Origin: an uncultured Spirochaetota bacterium
GTDB lineage: Bacteria > Spirochaetota > Spirochaetia > SZUA-6 > Fen-1364
Reading direction: 5' to 3'
Length of the DNA stretch: 64,000 bases
Assembly: GCA_963734545.1 (NCBI GenBank)
Contig: CAVTHO010000010.1
Location: forward strand, 96,001 to 160,000
Positions 35,413 through 43,792 of the stretch are shown here, one piece after another. Both the position numbers and the translations under genes were made by a program. Under the pieces are notes generated by a model that saw only the letters and a program-made list of their open reading frames with translations, ran no database searches and had not been told where the DNA came from. Within the stretch, counting starts at the first letter, position 1, and the number at the start of each line of letters is the position of its first letter.

Positions 35413-36803
35413 GTGACGCTCCCTTCTGAGCCGCGCGAGATGATCCCCCGGTCCGCGAGCTCGAGCGTGACCTTCGAGTCGAAGGATCCCGCAAGCCAGA
35501 GAACCAGCTCGTGCCCGCTCACCTGGGCGCAATAGGCGTCCGGCGGCAGCACGTGCCCGTCCCGGCGGACCGCGAGCCGCTCCGCGGGCGTGTGCCACCC
35601 CTCGACGACGACCACCGGATCGAGCACGGCGGCGCCTCCGGGGTGGAAGACCGCCCGCACGCCGTCCTCCGAGCTGTTCTGACGGAACGTGTAGGCGCGC
35701 CGGGGGAAGTCGTACCCCTCGTAGACGAGCCTGCCGCTGCGGGGATCGCCCCGCTCGCCGGGTCCGCGCACGATCTCCACGGCCGCGGGGTTGCGGTAGG
35801 AGCGCACGACCCGGTCCAGCTCCGCCCCGTCGGCGCCCTCGGCCACTGCCCCGACGAGGATGTACCAGGAAGTTCCCGGGTCCGGCGTGGCCACGTAGTC
35901 CTCGTCCTTCCACCGCATGGAGTAGTTGGCGTCGACGAACGAGGTGTGCGTGGCGACTTTGCCGATGGCATCCCCGGCGGCCACCCACTCGAGGAAGTCC
36001 TCCATGTCGGTGACCGGCCAGTGCTGGTAGATGTTGATCAGGTCCTTGCCGGGGAAGAGGGTCATCGGGGGATGGTTCTTCCCGCATGACGTGCAGGGGA
36101 CGAACGGAAACAGCCTCTGGCTCTTGCAGAAAGCGGCGAAGGGGTTCGGCACGCCGGCAAGCTCCACCTTCCCGATGTAGTTCTGCCAGTCCCCGATCTG
36201 CGGAAAGTGCGTGCACAGGGGAGAGAACCAGTCGGGCGGAAGCGGCCAGGGGATCTTGAGCATTCCGCCGTTGCCGTCCCGCATGGTGAAGGCCGATGGA
36301 GTCTTGAGGAAATCCAGCGGGCTCGTCCCTGCCGCGTTGATCAGGATCCATTCCTGCATCTGCCAGAAGTTCGGGTTGCCGCCGTGGGCGTTCTCGGTGC
36401 CCGGCCACAGCGACACCTCCCGCACGGCGATGCCGTCGGGATAGATCGTGTAGATCTCCTCCGCCCGCGAGTTGCCGTGGAAGACGCGGTAACGCATGTC
36501 GGCAAGGGCGTAGCTCCATTTCACCCGGGCCCGGGCCGGTCCTGATTCCAGGATCTGGATTCTGCTCCACCGCAGTTTCTTGTCCATGATGGGCTCGTAG
36601 CAATGGTTGTCGTTGGGGCTGTTGGTCTCGCACCACTCGGGGGTGAACAGCACGCCCTTGCCCAGGTCCACGCAGCCCACATACTGCGCCCCGCTCCAGA
36701 ACACGAACCGCCACGGCTTGTCGAATTCGACGACGACGGCGTGCCCTTTCCTCCCGGAGAACTCGAAATCGGTCTCACGCGCATGCACACTCGGGTAGCT
36801 CAT
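35409..36803 (-). CDS. Uncharacterised ~450-aa protein, paralogue 2 (464 aa)
   Basis: GAGGAGG ribosome-binding site before MSYPSVHARE at 36803; same motifs. Confidence 0.9.
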   Translation of the reverse strand: MSYPSVHARETDFEFSGRKGHAVVVEFDKPWRFVFWSGAQYVGCVDLGKGVLFTPEWCETNSPNDNHCYEPIMDKKLRWSRIQILESGPARARVKWSYALADMRYRVFHGNSRAEEIYTIYPDGIAVREVSLWPGTENAHGGNPNFWQMQEWILINAAGTSPLDFLKTPSAFTMRDGNGGMLKIPWPLPPDWFSPLCTHFPQIGDWQNYIGKVELAGVPNPFAAFCKSQRLFPFVPCTSCGKNHPPMTLFPGKDLINIYQHWPVTDMEDFLEWVAAGDAIGKVATHTSFVDANYSMRWKDEDYVATPDPGTSWYILVGAVAEGADGAELDRVVRSYRNPAAVEIVRGPGERGDPRSGRLVYEGYDFPRRAYTFRQNSSEDGVRAVFHPGGAAVLDPVVVVEGWHTPAERLAVRRDGHVLPPDAYCAQVSGHELVLWLAGSFDSKVTLELADRGIISRGSEGSVT

Positions 36804-36813
36804 ATCCCCCTCC

Positions 36814-38191
36814 TCATCCGTTGAAGCCAAAGGTCGTTGGCCGTCGGAAGGTCCCCTCCATCCACACCACGAGGTCCCTTCCGCAGTTCTGCGCGCGGAA
36901 GGTGTCCGCCGCCCGGGCCTCTCCCCCCACCGTCACCCGCGTGGCCGAGGCCGGGGCGGTCCACCCGTTGACGAGGAACACGGGATTGATCACGGGAATT
37001 CCCTCCATTCGGGCTCAGGGAGACCTCGACACGGTTCTGCCGATCGTTCTGGCGGAATGTGTAGGTCCGGATGGAGTAGTCATAACCTTCCACGACCACC
37101 CGTCCCCGGTGCGGATCCCCCTTGTCCGACGGGTCACGCACCACCACTGCGTCTGCCGGGAACCGGTAGGAGAGCGCCAGCGGATCGAGCTCCGCGCCAT
37201 CCGTTCCGTGGGAAGTGGCCCCGATCAGGAGATACCAGGTGGTGCCGGGGAACGGCTGCTGCACGAAGTCGCTCTCCTTGCGCCGCATGGAAAAGTTGCA
37301 GTCGATGAAGCAGGAATGGGTCGGGACCGTCCCCACTTCCCCGCCGCCGCTGACCCAGCCGATGAAATCCTCCTTCTCGTACGCCGGCCAGTGGACATAG
37401 GAGTTGTGGATCCCGGTCTCGTTGTGATGATCGATTCCCTGGAACAGGGTGAAATAGGGGTGGTTGCCGCCGCACGCGCTGCAGGGCATGAACGGGAAGA
37501 GCTTCTGGCTCTTGCAGATGACGGCGAACGGATTCGGGATGCTCATCATGTTGATCTTGCCGATGAAATTGGGCCAGTCCTTGATCTGCGGGAAACGGTC
37601 GCACAGCGGCCCTGCCTTTTCGGTGGGGATGGGCCAGGGAAAGCTGAACGAGCCGCCGAGGCCGTTCCTCATCGTGAAGGCGGCTTCCCGGTTCAGAACC
37701 TGCGAGGGGGTGGAGCCCTTCGCGTTGATCATGTACCACTCGTGCACCTGCCAGAAGTTCGTGTTGCCGCCGTGGTTGCTGGCGTCCCCCGGCCACAGCA
37801 CGATCTCGCGGACCGCCACCCCGTCGGGGTAGATTGTGTATGTCTCTTCCGCCCGCGAGTTGCCGTGGAACACACGGTATTGGATGTCGGCCAGCGAATA
37901 GCTCCAGCGGATTCGCGCGCGGGCGGGGCCTGATTCCAGGATCTGAATCCGGGCGTAGCGCAGCTGCTTGTCCATCATGGGCTCGTAGCATTCCTCGTCG
38001 TTGGGGCTGTTCTCCTCGCACCACTGGGGCGTGAACATCACCTCGTCGCTCAGCTGCACGGTGCCGGCGTACTGGGACTGCGCCCAGAACACGAACCGCC
38101 ACGGCTTGCCGAACTCGACCACAACCGCGTGATCCTTCTTGCCGGAGAACTCGAACTGCGTCTCATACGCATGAACGGTCGGTACATTCAT
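36814..38191 (-). CDS. Uncharacterised ~450-aa protein, paralogue 1; +1 frameshift near 37001-37003
   Basis: Homology to the other paralogues continues in the 36814..37008 frame (IPVINPVFLVNGW...DLVVWMEGTF). Removing one G from the minus-strand GGG run gives ...SPNGGIPVINP. Confidence 0.85.
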
Positions 38192-38221
38192 CCCCTTCTC
38201 CTTTTCCGCACGAATGCCGTC

Positions 38222-39392
38222 CTACCGATAGCGGCCGTAGGTCTGCGCGACCTCCACCATCTTGAAGATGTTCGCCTCCGGGGTATCCCTCCCGCACTGG
38301 TCTCCCGTCGACAGCACGAACCCTCCCCCATCGGCACAGGCGTCGATCAGCCGCTTGGCCTCCTCTCCGACCTGGTACGGCGTGGCGCGCAGCATGAAGT
38401 CGAAGGTGTTGAGATTGCCCTTGAGACACACCCGGCGGCCGAATCGCTTCTTGAAACCGGCGATGTCCACGTCTCCGCCGGGCTTCCCTTCCAGGGGCTC
38501 GATGACGTTCACGTCCGACTCTTCGGCCACCAGCTCGGCGATAGCCGCTGACTTCCCGCAGACATGGACGTGGGAGATGATGCCGGCCTCCTTGCAGAGG
38601 GCGCTCACCGTTCGAATGAACGGCAAGTCATATTTACGGAAGTACTCCAGGCTGCTCACGCTCAGGCTCGAGGCCGATCCGCCCAGCCACACCTCGTCCG
38701 GCTTCGCCGCGAGGCCGGCCTTCACCTTCCCGACCGCGTACGCGCTGTACCAGTCCATCACCTCCTGGATGTACGCCTCGTCGTCGACGTAATCAAAGAA
38801 GATGGTGTTGTAGTTGCCGTCGCGCTGGCCGAACCACCAGTCCTGGGGAAGCGGAAGGATGAACGCGTACACCCCGAGATCGCCGATGGCGCCGGCGTTC
38901 GAGAACTGGGAGCTCCATCTCCAGGATCCCGGCTCTCCCAGGACGGACCGCAACCGGGGCCAGTCACGCCTCAAGTCCTTGATGGGCTTTTCCAGCTCCC
39001 AGGGGGGCTCGTCCGTGAAATAGCGCGTGGCCTCGGACAACTCGCCCACGGGCGTCTGCACGCGCGAGTGCTTGATCTTCCCGCCCTCCGGGCAGGACGC
39101 TGATTTCGGAGCCCCACGCGGGCCGGTCATCCGGAACCAGCTCCGGCAGCGAGCCGTAGATGTACATCCCGTCGAAGCCGTAGTACCGGACCGCCTCGAC
39201 GTATGCCCGGGCCACGCTCGCGGAGGTGTAGCCGGAATGCGGAAGGCCATCGAGGTACATCTCGTCGAACGGGCGCCCGCTGAGTCGCACCGGCATCATG
39301 TTGGACATGTCCGGGGACACGGCGACGTGGTCCGCTTCCGTGCAGGAATAGGCCGCGAGCATGCGCGTCCGCGCTGTCCACGCTTCCGCCAT
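38222..39392 (-). CDS. Uroporphyrinogen decarboxylase / MtaA-like superfamily protein; +1 frameshift near 39090-39092
   Basis: N-terminus RMLAAY...DHVAVSP; the second frame has TPVGEL, EKPIKD, HVHVCGK, CLKGNL, GGGFVLSTGDQCGRDTPEANI. Removing one C restores ...VLPEGGKIK. Confidence 0.85.
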
Positions 39393-39398
39393 GAATGC

Positions 39399-40235
39399 CT
39401 ACCCTTTCAACGCGCCGGCCATGATTCCCCGGACGAACTGCTTCTGGAAGATGATGTAGGCGATGACCGGCGGAATGGTCGCTGCCGCGAGCCCCGCCAT
39501 CTGCAGGCCCCAGTTCGTTATGTAGCGGCTGTTGAGGAAAAGCACGCCGAGGGGGATCGTGTACATCGACTGCTTCTGCATGTAGACCAGGGGATACATG
39601 AACTCGTTGTAGATCCACATGGTGTAGAAAATGGCGATCGTGGCCATGGAAGGACCGGAGAGCGGCACAAAGAGTTTCCGGAAAACCTGCCAGTGGCTGG
39701 CGCCGTCGATCCGCGCCGCGTCCAGCAGGGACTTCGGGACCGATTCGAAGAAATTCCGCAGAACCAGGACACCGAAGGCAGACCAGCTGAGGTAGGTCAG
39801 GATCAGCGCGGGGTAGCTCGAGAGGAGGTGCAGAGTGGAGATGAGCTGGTAGCCCGAGATGATGAGCGCCTGGGGCGGGACCATGAATCCGAGGAGGACG
39901 AAGATGTAGAGGGCCGTCTTGCCCCGGAAGCGAAGGGTGGCAAAGGCATAGGCCTCCAGGGCGCACAGCCCGAGGAGGCCCGCAACGGACACCGCGGTGA
40001 CGAGGATGCTGTTGAGGAAGTACCTGCCCATGCCGGCTTTCAGAAAGACGATCTGGAAGTTGCCCAGGTACAGCGTCTTGGGAAGGCCGAAGATGCTCGC
40101 GAAGATGTCCGCGCTCGGCTTGAAGGAGCTGTAGACCATCCAGACAACCGGGTACAGGACGATCACCGCGATGATCAGGAGGAAGGGGTAGGTAGCCGCC
40201 GTCAGGAATACTTTGTTCCAGGTCCTGCTGCTCAT
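39399..40235 (-). CDS. Carbohydrate ABC transporter permease (MalG-like)
   Basis: Hydrophobic helices, SSFK, YFLNS, EAA loop VPKSLLDAARIDGAS, FQKQFVRGIMAGALKG. Confidence 0.95.
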   Translation of the reverse strand: MSSRTWNKVFLTAATYPFLLIIAVIVLYPVVWMVYSSFKPSADIFASIFGLPKTLYLGNFQIVFLKAGMGRYFLNSILVTAVSVAGLLGLCALEAYAFATLRFRGKTALYIFVLLGFMVPPQALIISGYQLISTLHLLSSYPALILTYLSWSAFGVLVLRNFFESVPKSLLDAARIDGASHWQVFRKLFVPLSGPSMATIAIFYTMWIYNEFMYPLVYMQKQSMYTIPLGVLFLNSRYITNWGLQMAGLAAATIPPVIAYIIFQKQFVRGIMAGALKG

Positions 40236-40251
40236 GGTCGTCTCCCCCGCC

Positions 40252-41169
40252 TCAGACATCGACCTTGGGCTGATACTTCGTCTGGAGGAAGATGATCAGC
40301 ACCGTGATCAGGAGCTGGATGAGAAGAATGGAGCTGCCATAGCCGACCTTGTTCGCCGTGAACGCCTCGAAATACGCCCAGGTGGAAAGCACCTCGCTGG
40401 CGTGGTTGGGCCCGCCGGTGGTCAGCACATAGACGTTCGCGAACAGCTTGAAGCTCTCGATTGCGCCCAGCAGCGCGACCATCCAGTAGGTGGGGGCCAG
40501 CTGCGGGAAGGTGATGTACCAGATGTCCTGGAGCCGGTTGGCCCCGTCGATGTACGCCGCCTCGTGAAGCTCCTGGCTGATCCCGATCAGCCGGGAAACG
40601 AAGAGGAACATGAACAGCCCGAAGCCTCCCCACGCGTCGATCAGGACCAGGACAATGAGGGCCCGGGACGGGCTGCCCAGGAAATCCCCCGCGAGCGAGC
40701 GCAGCCCGATCGCCTTGAGGAATGGATTGATGAACCCGAGGGTCGGGCTCAGTGCCAGCTTGAACGTCACCCCTATGACCACAAGGGAAAGTACGGTCGG
40801 CAGCAGGTAGACGCCGCGCAGAAAGTTGGCGCCCGGTATCCCCTGGTCCAGGATCAGGGCGAGGAGGAGGGCCAGCCCGATCTTGAGCGTCATGTTGCCG
40901 AGGAAGAAGACGAGGTTGTGGACGAACGACCAGAGGAACACCGGATCGTCCTTCACCATGTGACGGAAGTTCTCGAAGCCGACGAAGCGGATCTGCTGGA
41001 AGCTGAAGCCGTTCCAGTCGGTGAAGGACAGGACGAGGGTGCCGACAAGCGGCAGGACAAGGAAACAGACGTAAAAAAGCAGTCCCGGGAAGAGGAACAG
41101 GAAAGCCGGGAGCCGATCTCCATGCCCGAGCAACTGCCCGTGGGTGGGGCTATTCTTTCTGACGTTCAT
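40252..41169 (-). CDS. Carbohydrate ABC transporter permease (MalF-like)
   Basis: SFTDWNG, FVGFENF, EAA loop ISQELHEAAYIDGAN, TTGGP; start chosen at MNVRK (41169). Confidence 0.93.
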   Translation of the reverse strand: MNVRKNSPTHGQLLGHGDRLPAFLFLFPGLLFYVCFLVLPLVGTLVLSFTDWNGFSFQQIRFVGFENFRHMVKDDPVFLWSFVHNLVFFLGNMTLKIGLALLLALILDQGIPGANFLRGVYLLPTVLSLVVIGVTFKLALSPTLGFINPFLKAIGLRSLAGDFLGSPSRALIVLVLIDAWGGFGLFMFLFVSRLIGISQELHEAAYIDGANRLQDIWYITFPQLAPTYWMVALLGAIESFKLFANVYVLTTGGPNHASEVLSTWAYFEAFTANKVGYGSSILLIQLLITVLIIFLQTKYQPKVDV

Positions 41170-41235
41170 GGGTGGGTTTTCTCGACCTCGCGTTCTCGCT
41201 CCATCTCCTCGCTCGGAGGCGGGGACGATGCAAAG

Positions 41236-41269
41236 GGAAGGGGCCGGATACGCCACCCGGCCCGCTTCC
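41236..41269 (-). terminator. Stem-loop downstream of the solute-binding-protein gene (stabiliser or partial terminator)
   Basis: ggaaggggccgg ... ccggcccgcttcc imperfect inverted repeat; no U-tract. Confidence 0.45.
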
Positions 41270-41277
41270 GGCGATGA

Positions 41278-42540
41278 CTACTTACGGGCCTCCGCGATGG
41301 AAGCCTGCAGATCGTTGAGGAACTTGTCCCGTGTCAGGCTGCCGGCGAGGAGCGCAACCAGACCGTTGTAGATCTTGTCCTCCCCGACAGACGGGGGCGA
41401 CTCGATCTCGAGCCAGGGCACGGACGCCTTGGCATTCGTGTACACGGTCGCCCAGAGCTTCTTGATGCTCGGGGGCGCCACTTCGGCAATGACTCCCTTG
41501 TAGAGCGCGATGTTGCCGTCCTTCGCCCAGATCACGAACGCTTCGCGGGTTCCCAGCCAGGACAGCACCTTGAGGGCTTCGGCCTTGTGCGCCGCCCTCG
41601 AGGGAACGCCGAAGGTGCAGAGACTCGCGCCGGTAACGTCCGTCTTGTTCTTCGCATTCTTGAAGCGCGGGAATTGCGCGATGCCGACCTCGATTGCCGG
41701 AGGTTCCTTTGCCATGTCAGCGGCCATCCAGGTGCCGGTCTGGAAGAACGGGGACTTCTGGGCATAGAACGCGGCCTGCCCGGTTCCGAAGTCGTCGCTC
41801 GTCATCCCTTCGCTGAAGTAGCCCTTGTTCTTCAGGTTCAGGAAATCATCCGTGGCCAGAACGAAATCCGCATCCGTGAACTTCACGCCATTGCGGGCCC
41901 ACAGCGCGTCGAACACCCTCTGCGCGCCGACACGCTGGGCGAGGAATCCCATCCACCAGTGCATGGCGGGCCAACCGTTGCGCGCGCCGAGAGCGATCGG
42001 GTAGATCCCCTTCTGCTTGAATTTCTCGCAGGCAGCGAGGAAATCCTCGAAGGTGGCGGGGACCGCGATCCCGGCATCCTTCAGCATCTTCACGTTGTAG
42101 TAGAACTGGAAGCCGCCGTGATATGCCATGGGGATTCCGTAGATCTTGCCTTTGTACGCGACCGCGCTTTCGGCAATCGGGAACAGATCGAACTTGTCCT
42201 TCAGCTTGGCCCAGATGTCGGGAATTTCCGTCAACTGGCCCGCCGCGGCGAAGTCCCGGGTCTGCTGGTTGCCTTCCCACTGCAGCAGGTCCGGCGGCTC
42301 GTTTCCGGCGAGGCCGGTTCGGATAACGGTGAAGAAGTCTTCGTTCCCGATGGGCCTGTCCTGGATCTGGATGTTCGGGTTGGCCTTGTTCCAGGCCCCG
42401 ATCAGATCGTCCATGCCTGCCTTCTCACCGCCTGCCGTGAACTCGTGCCACCAGCTCAGGGTTACCTTAGCCTGGCCAAAGGTGACAAGAGACACGAGCA
42501 GGAGCACCAGCACCAATACTCCACGTATAGTCTTTCTCAT
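41278..42540 (-). CDS. Carbohydrate ABC transporter solute-binding protein (family 1)
   Basis: Signal peptide, VTLSWWH, PPDL, GKIYGIP, YYNVKML, FQTGTW; GGAGG ribosome-binding site. Confidence 0.95.
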   Translation of the reverse strand: MRKTIRGVLVLVLLLVSLVTFGQAKVTLSWWHEFTAGGEKAGMDDLIGAWNKANPNIQIQDRPIGNEDFFTVIRTGLAGNEPPDLLQWEGNQQTRDFAAAGQLTEIPDIWAKLKDKFDLFPIAESAVAYKGKIYGIPMAYHGGFQFYYNVKMLKDAGIAVPATFEDFLAACEKFKQKGIYPIALGARNGWPAMHWWMGFLAQRVGAQRVFDALWARNGVKFTDADFVLATDDFLNLKNKGYFSEGMTSDDFGTGQAAFYAQKSPFFQTGTWMAADMAKEPPAIEVGIAQFPRFKNAKNKTDVTGASLCTFGVPSRAAHKAEALKVLSWLGTREAFVIWAKDGNIALYKGVIAEVAPPSIKKLWATVYTNAKASVPWLEIESPPSVGEDKIYNGLVALLAGSLTRDKFLNDLQASIAEARK

Positions 42541-42557
42541 GGTGACCTCCTAGACTC

Positions 42558-42590
42558 GCAACGCTATCACGTGTTTTCCTGAGATGTCAA
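42558..42590 (-). promoter_or_regulatory. Promoter of the ABC/paralogue operon with an overlapping LacI-type operator
   Basis: Minus-strand TTGACA at 42590-42585; TGATAGCGTTGC (central CG, LacI-like) over the -10 region. Confidence 0.5.
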
Positions 42591-42678
42591 GAAAAATCGC
42601 GATGTTTTATTACTACATTTTGGAGATATGGTCAGAAATTGTCTTATATTTTTCAGAGAATATTCGCAAAATCCTGAC

Positions 42679-42707
42679 TTGACACCGCTTAAAAACGGTG
42701 CGAAACT
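42679..42707 (+). promoter_or_regulatory. Candidate promoter of the LacI gene
   Basis: TTGACA, 17 bp, GAAACT preceded by TG; ATG follows within a few nt with no Shine-Dalgarno. Confidence 0.45.
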
Positions 42708-42713
42708 GCCACT

Positions 42714-43712
42714 ATGGCATCGGTCACAATGCAACACGTTGCTCGTCTTGCGGGGGTTTCGATCTCAACAGTGTCCAGAGTCCTGAGAAACGATGAATCA
42801 GTCGAACCTGACAACCAGGTCAGGGTGCGAAAAGCCATCAAGGAGTCGGGCTACCGGGTAAAGCCGGCGGCAAGGCGGGATGATTCAGATCATCGTTTCG
42901 TCGCTTTGATAGTCCCCGAGATCACCAACCCCTTCTACGCAAGCATCGTGAAAGGCGTCGAAAGGGTCGCGCGGACACACGACTTCGGCGTGATGGTATA
43001 CAACTCCGAGGAAAGCGTCGAAGTCGAGAACCGTAACCTTGCGTCCGTCGTCAAGCAGGGCACGCGCGGACTCATCTATGTATCCTGCGTCGTAGAGCCG
43101 AACGATCTCGTGGAAGAGCTCATCAAAAGCCAATTCCCCCTCGTGTTCCTGGACCGGATCGCGGAGGAGAAAAACACGAACGTCGTTTTCACGGACAACA
43201 TAGAGGGGGCCTACCAGGCGGTGAAATACCTGCTGCAGCTCGGCCACCGACATATCGTGTACGTCGCCGGAACCAAGACTTCCAGCACCGAGCGTGACCG
43301 CTACCTTGGCTACTGCCAGGCCCTGCGGGACGAAGGGATCGCCGTCGATGAGCGGCTCATCGTGAACGGCGAGTACGACATAGACGTTGCCTATGAAGCA
43401 TTGAACGGGCTCCTCAGCCGGGGGGTCGATTTCTCTGCCGTCTTTTCTTCAAACGACCTGATGGCCTTCGGCGTCAAGCAGGCGCTTGAAGAAAACGGCA
43501 AGAAAGTTCCCGACGATGTCTCCATCGTCGGCTACGACGACATCAGCTTCTCGCACACGATTTCGCTCACCGTCATCTCCCAGCCGATCGTGGAAATGGG
43601 AAAAAGCGCCATGACGCTCCTCCTCGACCTCATCCATAACCGGGTCACGCCCCCGCAGAGGATCGTCCACCGGCCGTCGCTCATCATCCGCAGCTCCTGC
43701 AAGAGACGATAG
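42714..43712 (+). CDS. LacI-family transcriptional regulator
   Basis: VTMQHVARLAGVSISTVSRVL HTH; ITNPFY, LGHRHI, NDLMAFG, VPDDVSIVGYDD, LIIRSS. Confidence 0.96.
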   Translation: MASVTMQHVARLAGVSISTVSRVLRNDESVEPDNQVRVRKAIKESGYRVKPAARRDDSDHRFVALIVPEITNPFYASIVKGVERVARTHDFGVMVYNSEESVEVENRNLASVVKQGTRGLIYVSCVVEPNDLVEELIKSQFPLVFLDRIAEEKNTNVVFTDNIEGAYQAVKYLLQLGHRHIVYVAGTKTSSTERDRYLGYCQALRDEGIAVDERLIVNGEYDIDVAYEALNGLLSRGVDFSAVFSSNDLMAFGVKQALEENGKKVPDDVSIVGYDDISFSHTISLTVISQPIVEMGKSAMTLLLDLIHNRVTPPQRIVHRPSLIIRSSCKRR

Positions 43713-43732
43713 TACTCGCCATCCACGAAGGC

Positions 43733-43759
43733 GCGCCCGCACCGACGCGGTGCGGGCGC
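43733..43759. terminator. Perfect 12-bp GC hairpin after the LacI gene
   Basis: gcgcccgcaccg-acg-cggtgcgggcgc; no U-tract. Confidence 0.5.
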
Positions 43760-43792
43760 CAAAGGTCAGGTTGACAGGGATAAGGAGGAACC

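Noticed and set aside
35413-36714. N-terminal 434 aa of the 883-aa track ORF, suggesting a fusion or overlapping gene
   Set aside because: Arg-rich out-of-frame reading of paralogue 2; homology begins at MSGPVV (35412).
34063-38191. Diversity-generating retroelement or recent tandem duplication behind the paralogues
   Set aside because: Copies diverge throughout, with no adenine-specific TR/VR pair and no reverse transcriptase.
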